From: Eledone cirrhosa | Taxonomy: Eukaryota | Length of the DNA stretch: 64,000 nt | Assembly: GCA_964016885.1 (NCBI GenBank) | Contig: OZ024741.1 | Span: 353,524,001 to 353,588,000, forward strand | Reading direction: 5' to 3' | In this document: positions 40,156 to 52,897 of the stretch, piece by piece | How the letters are laid out: each line of letters begins with the position of its first letter | Position numbering within the stretch: the stretch's first letter is position 1 | Notes under the pieces: generated by a model | The model's database searches: none | Seen by the model: only the letters and a program-made list of their open reading frames with translations | Told to the model about the DNA's origin: nothing | Translations under genes and position numbers: made by a program

Positions 40156-40937
40156 CAAATGAATATATGAGAGGGATGAACACTGATACAAATACACATG
40201 TGTTCGAATTGCAAATGACCAAGTTAGCTAGGTTGAAAAATACTAATTTAAAATAATATGGTTTGCCTGTCTCGATTTAAAGTAATAAATCAATAAAAAT
40301 AACAAACCTATAATCGGCAATCGCCGCTGATACCCGGACAGATTCTAAATCTGTTTCGCAACAATTATTAAGTGAAAGTCACTATCCTTGAGCTCTTCTG
40401 CGGGTATCCAGGAAATTCGTACCTTTCACTTCAAAAGACTTAAGAAAACTGAGAACTATGTGTTGTTGAACGCACATGTCACAGCACCTAACGCGTCTCA
40501 TACTCGTGCCGCTAAAAATACCAGCTGGTTTTATGGGACTAAAGACTATTTTGAGTTTATAACTCAATATATGTTATTCTCGGCTCCATACGTAGAGCTA
40601 ACTTTAGTCCCATAAAACCGGCTGCTGTTTCTAGCGGCACATAGTTCTCAGTCTTCTTAAGTCTTTTGAAGTGAAAGGTACGAATTTACTGGATACCCGC
40701 AGAAGAGCACAGGGATAGTGACTTTCACTTAATAATTGTTGTGAAACAGATTTAGAATCTGTATCAACGGCTATTGCCGAATATAGGTTTGTTATTTTTA
40801 TTGATTTCTTACTTTAAATCAAGACAGGCAAACCATAGTATTTTAAATTAGTATTTTTCAACCTAGCGAACTTGGTCATTTGCAATTCGAAAACATGTAT
40901 ACTTGTATCGGTGTTCATCCTATCATATATTCATTTG
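40156..40937. repeat. Large inverted duplication (arms ~390 and ~335 bp) between (TA)n tracts
   Basis: caaatgaatatatga...atgggactaaag / ctttagtcccat...tcatatattcatttg; substitutions and indels between arms. Confidence 0.95.
40329..40408 (-). ncRNA. Extended type I hammerhead-like motif (U4A core)
   Basis: gatacccg CAGAAGA gc...gc GAAA cagatt tag aatctg TC cgggtatc; 8-bp stem I, 6-bp stem III. Confidence 0.75.
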
Positions 40938-41030
40938 AATATCAATATATATATATATACATATATATATTGGGAAAAAATGAAACGAAATTTCATTTCC
41001 CACTCTTAGTACGGCTGTTACGTATACATA

Positions 41031-41061
<31 letters not shown>

Positions 41062-41070
<9 letters not shown>

Positions 41071-41448
41071 TAAAAGGAAAAGAAAATGCTGACAAATTGT
41101 TCCCAGTGAAAAATAGTTTAATTAGCAATAAGTAAAAATTAGTAATAGTATTGGTTAGTATTCAGTTTTGGTTTTAAGTTTTTACCGGTTGCGCAGTTCT
41201 AATGCTTTTCAAAAATAATTTTGAGATAGAGCGCCCGTGATGTTTGCTCTAATCCGATTAGAGCAAACATCACGGGCGCTCTATCTCAAAATTATTTTTG
41301 AAAAGCATTAGAAATGCGCAACCGGTAAAAACTTAAAACCAAAACTGAATACTAACCAATACTATTACTAATTTTTACTTATTGCTAATTAAACTATTTT
41401 TCACTAGGAACAATTTGTCAGCATTTTCTTTTCCTTTTACCAATATAT
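41062..41448. repeat. Near-perfect palindrome, ~193-bp arms, single-base centre at 41255
   Basis: ...tgtttgctctaatc c gattagagcaaaca...; about 2 mismatches; flanked by (TA)n. Confidence 0.97.
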
Positions 41449-41481
41449 CATAACTCGTGTATTACACCTCTATTCTTTTAA

Positions 41482-41619
<138 letters not shown>

Positions 41620-43539
41620 GGGGGTTAGGAGACTATGAGCATTGACTGATCAGCCAAATTTGCATATAGAGTATCGGCGGGCTCTGTCAGGGATAAAATA
41701 AGGGCACAGTTATTGTAAGTAGGCTTCTAAACTATGTTTTAGCTTATATTAATTTCCAACAGTAATTTCCTGGGTAATTGCTGGCCTTGTGCCTAAAGTA
41801 GAAACAATTAATTTCCAACAGTAAGCGTTTGGGAGCATTAATCTGTCAGAAATGATGACGTCATTATCACTAGATGTCCGTACTTAGCTTCTGTTGGAAC
41901 ACGCTAGGTGGTGCTGCGCTATCAGTTTTCAAATCCATAGTTGAATGCTTTCTAAATGTTTATTTATAAACATACCGTATGTCGCTAGACATACAACTAC
42001 CAGAATATCCGACGTTACCCAGGCTGAAAACTATCTATAAATGTATCAATAACACGGGTGGGTTTCTCTTGCATTGAACATTGAACATTGTTGTAATTTT
42101 GTTTTCAAAATCAATCTTATAATGTGTTGAAACCTGAGTGACTAAGAGTAACCCACACATCCAAATATTGGAACGGACTAAGAACAATACTTGAAACAAT
42201 AAAGAAATCACATTAGGAACTGCAAAGAATCCTAGCTTGATGAAGTTAGATCTGTAACTATCATTGTCTTCAGCAGTCTGAACACTGCCATTAAAGCACC
42301 TTGTTGCACAATGTTTGGGGTTTTATGAGTAGGGGGTTCTAGCTTAATATATTTCTGCTGACCCTATAGCTCTCAATTAGTAGCAAACAGAAACTGAAGC
42401 AATATAATTTTGAATAGATAATTAGCCACAAATATGAATATTGAATCTTTTCAAATATGAGCAACGAATGTCTAACTAGAGTTACAGAAAACATCAATAT
42501 ATAAACAAAGCTTATAGATCGACACTTGAAATTAAGTGAACGTACAGGAGATAGTGTAGGAAAGATAGAACGTGCAGTAGAGAATGAATATAATGAATAA
42601 AAGAGACAGGGAAGCAGGAGAGTTGAAGTAGGATGTTGTAATAGTATGAGACAGAGAGTTTCAGTCAGAAAAGTTAAAATGATGCTGAAGACTAACTGAA
42701 GTGACAATATCATAGTAGATATTATAACTATGAAACAGTTTTTCACTGGCATTATTGATGCCTCTCATCCTTACAAGGACGAGAAAACATTTCCCAATCA
42801 AGTACTGGTCGATATAATCGACTCTTCCCTACTACCAATGTTTCTGGCTTTGCACCTATGCAAAAAAAAAAAAAATTGCAAACGCAATATTAAGTTAAAG
42901 ATAAAGAAAGCATAGAGACTGACAATTAAGGAGAAACTGAAAGAAACGTGAGAAAGTAAGAGATTAGAAAGTGAGAGAAAGAATAGGCAAAGAATCCAAG
43001 ATAAGGGAAGAGATGGGTGAGTGCAGATAAGATGACAATAAGCGGTAAATTAATAAAACACATTGAGCTAGCACCACTGTGGTGATAGCTAAGAACCAGT
43101 CGATAGCCACATACAGAGGAAAGTGGGTGACTGAACATACAAAAGAAAGGGGTGAACGAAATGTACATGCGATGGAGGGAAGGAAGGGATGCTTAAAACT
43201 TTAAGAGAGCGAATACGGGAGATACATTTGGGAATATTTAATAATTTATGGCCATGTTTTTGATTTCTTGACATAAGGAAAAAAAACAACAGTTAACCAG
43301 AGATTTAACTCAAACTACAGTATATTCAATTTAATGTTCAAAATAAATGTATTTTTATGTTTGCATAATAAGATGAAGTTTATCTTGGCAGGTGTTAGAC
43401 TCAGAAATAAAATGAGTGTACCTATATTGTAAACACACCATGGCTCAAAGGTTAACCAATTCACTGTACTATCTAGATCCGAGTTCGATCCCACTGCGTG
43501 GCATCTTGAACAAATGGCCTGTGAATGAGTAGGAGGTGC

Positions 43540-43955
43540 ATGGCCTTGTGATAAGGGTGTTGGACTTACGATCATAATGACGTGCGTACCATTCCTGGAC
43601 TGGGTTCCGTGCTGTGTTCTTGAGCAAAGCACTTCATTTCACGTTGCTCCAGTATACTCAGCTGATAATAGGTACCATCAATTGCTGGGGGTTGAACCCG
43701 TGATGGACTGACCGGGGGTGAGTACCGGCCTAACCAGCCTTCTGGGTTGAGATAAACTTTGGTATTTAACTTTGGTAGACGGAAATTGTTTGGAAGCTAT
43801 TCGAAGGAACTAAACCTGTAATTCAAGGGGCCAGCGATGTCAAACTCTGTCCCAGGCTGAATCTTCCTGAGCCATTTGCAAGTTAATTTAATGAACATAC
43901 TGTTCTGTTGATCGAACAACTGAGACACTCATCGTCGAAACCGACGGAGGTCCAT
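43540..43955 (+). mobile_element. SINE fragments (third and second families)
   Basis: gtgttcttgagcaaagcacttcatttcacgttgctccag; ctcatcgtcgaaaccgacggaggtcca. Confidence 0.6.
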
Positions 43956-44361
43956 AGATAGATTCCATTCGTACTAGGATAAAAGAATAAAAAGTAAAGA
44001 GAAAAGAACATTGAAAGCTAGCCATTATGGGTTAAGTGAGCGTATAATTATTTTTTGTGAGTTACTGTATAGATGGGGCTTTTCTTTGTGTGTGTGTACG
44101 TGTGCGCGAGTGAGTTAGTGTGGGAAATTTGTGCGATTATGCATGTGAGTGTATGAATGTCTATTTTGTCATATTGTCCTTCTAAGAGAGAGTGTGTATG
44201 TCTGAGTGACTAGGACAGCTTGTAAATTATCAGTCGCGACTGTTGACACTACAAACATCGAAGAAACGCACATACATAAGCATACAAACATACATACATA
44301 TATACATACGTACGTACATACATACAATATACATACATACATACATGTGTGTATATATATA

Positions 44362-44407
<46 letters not shown>

Positions 44408-44456
44408 TGTGCATATATATATATATATGTGTGTGTGTATATATATATGTGTGTGC

Positions 44457-44501
<45 letters not shown>

Positions 44502-44524
44502 CATACACGCATATATATATATCC

Positions 44525-44555
<31 letters not shown>

Positions 44556-44763
44556 TACATACACACATATATATATCCATATATATATATATATATATAT
44601 ATCGATTACAAATCAATAAAATCACTTCTGCAGTAGAAAATTGCCTTTCTGCGGCAAGACGCCATTTAATTATTGTGTCTTTTATTGTAACTTTCCTGAC
44701 TTGTAAGTAGTATAGAATATATTATACTGGCCATGTAATTCTATAAAGGTAAACTGATTCAAT

Positions 44764-44814
<51 letters not shown>

Positions 44815-44914
44815 TATATATAGATATATATAGATAATAGATAGACAGATAGACATATAGATAGATAGAGAGATAGATAGATAGATATATGTGTGTGTGT
44901 GTGTCTGTACGTAT

Positions 44915-44964
<50 letters not shown>

Positions 44965-45118
44965 GGCGATGAATATATATATACCGAGATAGATATATAT
45001 ATATATAGAGAGAGAGAGAGAGTTGTATATGAAAACATATATAAACATGCATAACTCGTTTATTTATAATAAACATAAGGGTAAAAATATGTTTCCTAAC
45101 GAAAAAAATATTATTTTG

Positions 45119-45325
45119 CTCTATTTTCCTCTGTGAATATATTACCGGGTTGCCAGCATGTTCTGAATGTCCGACAGCGTTATATCAAGATTTGCTAATC
45201 CTTCAAAAATTCATTCAAAAATTTACTGGCATGAAATAGACTCTATAACAAATCTTGAAAATATCTGTCAGACATTCTGAGAACATACTGTCAACTTGGC
45301 GATATAGTCACTGAAGAAAATAGAG
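45119..45325. repeat. Old diverged inverted repeat (~75-bp arms, ~55-bp spacer)
   Basis: ctctattttc...gaatgtccgacag...tcaagatttg / caaatcttga...ctgtcagacattc...gaaaatagag. Confidence 0.75.
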
Positions 45326-45783
45326 AAAAATGTATCTTTTTTTTAGTTTCATTACGAACAATATTTATCTCCGACAGCGAGGCTACATCTAATACAATAT
45401 ACCTGTTTATATCCAGAGTGAAATTCAACGAACTAACACCAAGCTAAAACCAGTATGGTGTAGTCACATTCAAACCGAGGCAATATATATAAACAACGCT
45501 GGACGTTTATACTGCGAGAAAAAATGTGCGGAAATTTTATTCAGAGCAGCTCTACAAAATAAGAGATTTGGAGCTGTTATATACAAATTTAAGGTATCAA
45601 AACATATCAAATATGCTTGGTTTTTGTACTTCTCAATATAAAAGCTCAATGGACGTTTGTCCTCATCTATAATAATTCAAATTAAGCGATGTATATATAT
45701 ATATAGAGAGAGAGACAAAGAACCATATATCTATGAGAATACACCATATATTGCATATATACAAAGCAATGTAATGTATTGTG

Positions 45784-45816
<33 letters not shown>

Positions 45817-45904
45817 CATTAGAGGTGCAAATTAATTGCATCCATAGGCTGTATGCCAAGATGAGCACTCGATGCTCTTGGGAAGCAGAGTATCAATAAT
45901 GATA

Positions 45905-46108
45905 ATATATAAGGGAACAAAGAATCAGTGTTCCATCATATACATATTCACCAGTCTACATGTAAACACATATCTAAGGAACTTCCGATTCTAGAGTCAG
46001 GATCAATCATTAATCGATCGTTCCTCGAGTTGATCGGCAATGAAACGTATGTAATATGTAATTAAATATGTATATGAGGCAACACTGATTCTTTGTTCCT
46101 TAATATAT
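45905..46108. repeat. 44-bp inverted repeat with hammerhead 3'-half remnant in the spacer
   Basis: ggaacaaagaatcagtgtt..atcatatacatatt / aatatgtatatga..caacactgattctttgttcc; spacer contains GAAA cgtatg TA. Confidence 0.7.
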
Positions 46109-46224
46109 ATATATATGTGTGTGTGGGGGGGGGGAGTTGGTGGGTGTATGGGTGTGTGTACATGAAGCGAAAGTGAGAGATTGTGTGAGTGAGAGAGTGT
46201 GTGTATGAGAGAGAGAGAATTAGT

Positions 46225-47340
46225 TCCACAACGAATTAGCAAACTCTACTGGAAGATATTCACTCTTTCATTAATCCACAACTGACAGGACACTGCTCCG
46301 TTTCCTCCGTTTCCCTATGGCTTGGATTTGGTTAGAACGTTCCATTGAATGGGAAAATTCATGCCTGCATCCCTGAATGACCTGTAGCTTGCCAGTTTAG
46401 TGGCCGATCGCTTTTCAGAGTGTCTAAAGGTCGTCCGATGGCGAAAGAAGCGTTCTTTAAACCGATCCTCCGACATACCTACATATATTTTGATCTCCTG
46501 CTGTTGATTCGGTTGAGTGGATGCAACTTTATCCGTAGCGACTACGGGTGCGTTACACTGTTCTTGAAGACGGCATGATTCTGGCCTCCTGCAAGAGCAT
46601 ATGGGTGGGGGTGAGCTCTTGGGGTGAATATCTTGCAGAGGATACGTAATAGTATTTGCATTAACAGAAGAGCCAATTTTTTTAATTGTTGCTACCACGC
46701 TGTGAAGTTTCTGTTACATAACTGGAAGGACCCAGGATAACCCGAAGTTTAACCCGGACTGAAATAACTCAGACGTTGGTTGTCTCCCCTACAACATTCT
46801 AATTTGTCGCCCTTGTCAAAAGACTAACGACATCTGCTGCGCAGAATCCAATCGGCTCATATATACTTCCGTTCTCACCGCAGCCATACACGGGTTAAAA
46901 AACCGTCCGGTAAAACGCGCAACCTCACGTATCGTTTGCTAATCTGTTGGGTAACTAACTCTCTACCGAATTCGTCCTTTAGACTAAGTTTTCTACTAAC
47001 TACAGATATAACCTTCCGGTTTTTCACCACTATATATATATAAATTTTGTAACCTCTGTCTCCCATACTATAATCTTTTCGAATCTTAACCTCGTAAATA
47101 AAAAATCGGAAGTGTTTGCATCGTGCCAGCACCGCTTCCGACACTCATTCCATAGCTTTAAACCTAGTATATAACAATGTCAGATTTGAACTCATCTCCA
47201 CCATTAGCACTTCACCTCTGAGACTTGCCTTCCACCGCTGCATCACACTCTTTGATCCACCCTTTCCTCTACACAAATCATTTTTATCTATAACTTTATA
47301 CTCTAGAAATATTCTTATAGTCACCACCTTTTAATATAAT
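46225..47340 (-). mobile_element. Degraded Penelope-like element with GIY-YIG remnant
   Basis: ORF 46315..46698: CSCRRPESCRLQEQC, KIYVGMSEDRFKERFFRH, ATKLASY, IQWNVL. Confidence 0.8.
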
Positions 47341-47407
47341 TAATTAGATTACTTATAATTATATAGTGATTGAAATATAATATAATATATATAAACTTTA
47401 AATGTTA

Positions 47408-47625
47408 AATGTAACAATGAATTATATATACATTTATAATTAAATGTATAAATTAATAACATTGTATATAAAGGATTAATTTATTAACATAAGGGATTTA
47501 TCTAACTTAAATGTAATATGGAACAATGAATTATATATATACATTTATAATTTATAATTAAATGTATAAATTAATTACATTGTATATAAAGGATTAATTT
47601 ATTTACTTAGGGATGTATCTAATTT
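47408..47625. repeat. ~110-bp AT-rich tandem duplication
   Basis: aacaatgaattatata...cattgtatataaaggattaattta...agggat.tatctaa occurs twice. Confidence 0.85.
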
Positions 47626-48451
47626 ATCATGCAAACAGCTATGCGTTATTCCATATCTGGCCAAATATTGGGTAGACAACAATCTAATGAAACCTTTAAT
47701 ATATTATGAGAGAATAGACTGTATTTAAAATTAAATATAAATATATAACTTGTTATATAAGGGATTCAATTGTGGCACTATATAATGTCTATTAGAGCAA
47801 GGAATTTAATTATTATAATGAGCTAGTTACCTCCCCTTACGCATTAGTCTCCTTAATTCCATATCCACTTCCGGATATTAAACCGTTGAAAATGCTCGCA
47901 GTAGAACAACTCTAATTCATGAATACAATAACACCAAGTTACAATCTATTACTATAACAAACATTCAATACAAATATAACTTAACATATGTAATGGATGT
48001 GAAATCTGTAACTTTCATATTCTACACACATACAAATTTGAACTATACAGAAAATATCATCGCATTGCATCCCCCATAATACACTAACATATTCGCTTAA
48101 AGTGCTTGTATTTTATGTAATACCTTGCCATACAGTACTCATATATGCATAATACATTTGCTTGTTCCATTCCTTTATATATGACAAACGCATGTACTAT
48201 CTCTTTAATTATTAGACTATTCTCTTGTATTATCTGTCGCATGTATTCCACCCTATGCTTTTAATTTTAATTTTTAATTTTTAATTTTAATTTTAATCTT
48301 AATTTGAATTATTGTACAATTCTCGTATAATATATGTCGCTTCCATTCCACCCTGTAAACATGAAACTGTTGTCCACAACATCAATATATATGTATCTGT
48401 ATGATTCTTCAGTTGAATAGGAGGTTAATTATATGTACAAACATTGATAAT

Positions 48452-48496
48452 GCTCCGAAGAAATCAAGCTTAAGTTTGGAAGAAACAATTGTCAGC
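48452..48496 (+). ncRNA. Minimal hammerhead motif (U4C core)
   Basis: gct CCGAAGA aa tcaagct ta agtttgg aa GAAA caattg TC agc; ~40 bp before (TA)n. Confidence 0.65.
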
Positions 48497-48534
48497 GATT
48501 AAATGTTTTAAACATAACTTTGATACTTGTGTAA

Positions 48535-48567
<33 letters not shown>

Positions 48568-48569
<2 letters not shown>

Positions 48570-48838
48570 CAAAGGAGATGTGGTAAGGAACCAGACGGAC
48601 CATAACGTACCAGAGTACTCAATACTTAGGGCAGTATAGTGGGTAATAGGAAAATGTTTGACCCCGACGGCGGAGCTCAAGCCGTTTCGATGGCTATTTC
48701 TGGACCAGAAATAGCCGTCGAAACGGCTTGAGCTCTGCCGTCGGGGTCATACTTTTTCCTATTTCCCACTCTACTACCCTAAGTATTGAGTACTCTGGTG
48801 CGTTATGGTCCATCTGCTTCCTTACCACAATTCCTTTG

Positions 48839-48840
<2 letters not shown>
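48568..48840. mobile_element. Family A full fold-back: 136-bp arms, centre 48704, (TA)n on both sides
   Basis: gagctcaagccgtttcga.ggctatttctgg a ccagaaatagccgtcgaaacggcttgagctc; roughly a dozen mismatches between arms. Confidence 0.95.
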
Positions 48841-48884
<44 letters not shown>

Positions 48885-48947
48885 GCATAGATACAAATAC
48901 ACACACAAGCACACACACACAGACACACAGACACAGAGACACACAGG

Positions 48948-49021
<74 letters not shown>

Positions 49022-49026
<5 letters not shown>

Positions 49027-49569
49027 TTGGGTTCATCACTTTGAGCTAGAGACAATGGGACAATCCATGCAGTGGAAACACCCTTCCTGACCTGCTCCAA
49101 AGAAGGCCAAGTTCGTTTCATCTACAAGGAAGGTGATATCTTCAGTTTGTTTGGATGCAAAAGGCATTGTGTTTATTGGCTATCTTCAAAAGTGCCACGC
49201 CATCAATGATGAATATTATGCACACAGGTCATTGGTTTCAATGACTGATGTGCGTGACTGTGGTTTTCAATTTGTTGATGACCTTCCCTATTCTCCTGAA
49301 CTGGCTCCATCTGACTATCATCTGTCCGCCAACAAGCAAAAATACTGGGCTGGGAACCAGTATCGCAATGATGATGACGTCATATCTACTGTTGGTGACT
49401 GTTTTTACCAAGAGGAAGAAAGCCTGTTCACCAATGGGGTCCAAGCACTGCAACATCGATGGAAGAAGTGAGTGAACTATAAGGGGGACTATGTTGAAAA
49501 GGAAACTTCACTTGCTAACATTTCATGAGCGTATCTTGGTCAGCCTATGAACTTTTCAGCAGACTCTCG
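49022..49569 (+). mobile_element. Mariner transposon 3' part (pseudogenised transposase + right TIR)
   Basis: DAKGIVFI.YL, PYSPELAPSDYHL, LQHRWKK; terminal cagcctatgaacttttcagcagactctcg followed by TA. Confidence 0.9.
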
Positions 49570-49571
49570 TA

Positions 49572-49621
<50 letters not shown>

Positions 49622-49709
49622 GTGTATTTATAATATATGTGTGTGTGTCTGGTTCAATCGGGGATAACCACAGTAAGTAAGGTACTCAAAACATTAGTAG
49701 AGTGTATAG

Positions 49710-49845
49710 AACAAAATTTAATATAGAAATGGCTTCTACAGGACAAGAACTGTTACATACGAAGAAATGATCAGGGCTTTCCTGATAATTTCTTTCGAAT
49801 GAAACAGTTCTTGTCTTGTAGAAGCAATTTCTATATTAAATTTCG

Positions 49846-49847
<2 letters not shown>
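49710..49847. repeat. ~66-bp-arm fold-back centred on a probable hammerhead stem II
   Basis: ...gaaatgatcagg gcttt cctgataatttc...gaatGAAAcagtTCttgtc; right end at (TA)n. Confidence 0.85.
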
Positions 49848-49903
<56 letters not shown>

Positions 49904-50169
49904 TAAAACATGTCTATAGAATCACAAGATAAAATATATACCATTTCCTCTCCCAATTAGCATAATTAACTATATAAAAAATCGAATAGACCAGGCTATA
50001 AGAATGAGGCTTCTATGAAGAAATCTCCAACAAATAACCGAAACTAGCCCTTCGCGTCGGCCGCAACGGAATATTTATCGAATATTTCGACAGCGTAATC
50101 GCCCAGATACAGTCAACTAAACAGAATTAGGTGTAAAATAAACTAGGAGAAAATAGAATACATTTAAAT

Positions 50170-50256
50170 ACCTCTACCATGGTTTCATCCGCATTTTGAG
50201 ATTTCCAATAATTATGTAATAATTATATAACTCGAGCACCGGATTCATCAGGAGAT
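50170..50256 (-). ncRNA. Type I hammerhead with canonical core and long stem II
   Basis: atctc CTGATGA atccg...(48 nt)...cggat GAAA ccatgg TA gaggt. Confidence 0.8.
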
Positions 50257-50317
50257 TTGCTCTGATCTAGACACTAAATTTTCCAAAGTGATCGCGCCAA
50301 GAATTCATTCAAAATGG

Positions 50318-50376
<59 letters not shown>

Positions 50377-50523
50377 AGATTGAAGAATAGTCAGATAAAA
50401 TATATTCAATTTTCTTCTCCTTAGTCCGTAGAAATTAACTAGCTAAATAATCATTTAAACGGAGCTAAGTCTAAAATGCATGTTTGAAGAAAAAATGTAT
50501 ATAAACTTTACCCAAATTCTTCT

Positions 50524-50611
50524 AGTCCCGACTATCGATAGTTTCGCTCGTACTTTGTGGATATGTCCAATCCTGGTATTATCCATGAGGTTTCGAGTTT
50601 CTCAAGAGACT
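50524..50611 (-). ncRNA. Type I hammerhead with U3-A8 core variant
   Basis: agtctc TTGAGAA actcg...tggata...tatcca...cgagc GAAA ctatcgatag TC gggact. Confidence 0.65.
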
Positions 50612-50629
50612 CCCTCAGTTAGGACTAAA

Positions 50630-50695
<66 letters not shown>

Positions 50696-51979
50696 TATAG
50701 TAAAATATATATTATAGTAATATATATATATTATAGTAAAATCCATGATCACCTGGTGTGATAACTACTTTGTGATAAATTTGTTTGGGAAGTTAGAATT
50801 TAATAATCTAATTGCTGATATCTTCCTCTCTATCACACTCTTTCAATCGCAGTGTCGACGAAACATATCTACTCACTGGTCAGTGGTGTGCCAAGAGCTA
50901 TCTGTAGCTCTCAACCTATATATATGTGCGTGTATATGCGGTTATACAGAGAGGAGAGAGAGAGAGGGTGAGAGAGAGAGTAAGAGAGAGAGAGAGAGTG
51001 AGGGAGAGATGTAGTGGCCAGTTGCTATGTCCCTGGGTATCTATCTTATATTTGTCTATCTATTTATCTATCTATCTGTCTGTTTTCTACGAAACAAACC
51101 TAAACTTTAAATGAAAAAGACGTCTATGGTATTTTAATACAAAAAAACTTAGATGTAAGTTCTAGAAACGAATAGACCTAAAAAAACATACATTCGTAGC
51201 CCGTAGCTTGTATATACGAAGAGCGTCTTTCTTATTAACTTTTAAAATATTTAAATTATTTTTGTTGTTGCCAAATTTCTAAATTCTTCAGACAACATTG
51301 GAAGACAGCTGTTTTAAATCAAAAAAACATTCAATGTCAATTCTGATACCGACATTTCTTTTCTTTTCTTTTTGTTTTGCAACAAAGTAAACGTTATTTA
51401 AAACATTTTAAATCGAAGGAAACTTTAAATTATCTAAATTTTATGTAGATCAGAAAAATTTTAAAGGTTAATTAAATTCTAGTAAACTTGTAATTCTAAT
51501 TCTGTTGTCTGAAAGTTTTCACGTGTTATTCTCTGAAACATAACCTATAACCTATGCAATTTCTTTCTCGTCAATATTTATAATATACAGATATCTATAA
51601 CCAGTTCCTTGTCATATAAGTGGAACTGTTCAGAAACGTATATTTGATAAACAATTCAAGTTTGATATATTGCAGAAAACTGAAGAGTATATAATAAATA
51701 TAAGGGGCGACATTGAATTGCAGGAGAAAGAGAGACTGAAAGAAAACAGAATTTCAAAAGAAACTGAACAATGTAGTAATAGTGAATTTAAAGGAAAGTA
51801 AAATGAACAAAGAGGGAACGTAATATGAACAAAAATGGCGATGGTGAGGAAGAGAAATTTGCAAAGAGAGTGACTGGAATACAGTAAAAGAACATGAATT
51901 TCAAGAGAGAAAGTAGGGGAAAATAAATAAATGAATAAATAAAAAATAGCTATCACTCTATATGGCTGAATAAAATAAA

Positions 51980-52226
51980 TGTAATCTGAGTTTTTCGAGT
52001 ATCAATAATAATATTCGATTCGTTTGCAATTATGCAAACCGCCTCATTTAAGCCGTGTCAGTAGAATTAGCCCCCCATTCTTGCTCTTGTGTTGGCATGT
52101 AAACAGAACTGCAACACAAGAGCAAAAATGAGGGGCTCATTCTACTGACATGGCTTAAATGAGGCCGTTTACATAATTGCAAACGGATCGAATATTATTA
52201 TTGATATTCTGAAAACTCAGATTACA
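51980..52226. repeat. ~115-bp-arm palindrome with 17-nt spacer (MITE-like)
   Basis: tgtaatctgagtttt...gctcttgtgttg / caacacaagagc...aaaactcagattaca; TAAA repeats on the flanks. Confidence 0.93.
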
Positions 52227-52279
52227 ATAAATAAATAAATAGATAAATAGATAAATAAATAACGAACGGAAGAACGAAC

Positions 52280-52329
<50 letters not shown>

Positions 52330-52370
52330 CAGAAAAAGGAAAGAAAGAAAGATAGATAGATAGTATATAT

Positions 52371-52433
<63 letters not shown>

Positions 52434-52803
52434 CGAGAGAGAGAGTACGATAGAGAGAAATAGAAAGAAAGTAGGAAAATATAAAAAGAGAGTCAATTTA
52501 GAAAATATGCATAAAGAACGAGAGAAAAGAATAGGGAGAAAATTGTCAGTAAGAGAAACTAATTATAAGAAAAGTCAACTTAAGGTGAGAGATATTGAAG
52601 GATATTTCACGAAATATAATTTGAATCGAATTATCCCGTATCACCTGCAATATGTCAAATGGGCTTCTTCTATAACTTCCAGATGCACCTAGTACTGCAA
52701 GGTATCGATTTAATGTAGTTGGGGAAAGGCGGCCGATTCATCGAAAATCTTATAACCTATCACTAAGTTAAATTTTTCTGCTTTCACTTTCTCCCTTCTT
52801 TAT

Positions 52804-52843
52804 CAGTAGTAGTAGTAGTAGTAGTAGTAGTAACAGCAGCAGC

Positions 52844-52897
<54 letters not shown>

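Noticed and set aside
41062-41448. Palindromes as library or assembly fold-back artefacts
   Set aside because: Arms carry substitutions or indels, span a range of ages and recur by family; only the youngest (14479, 41062) still merit read-level confirmation.
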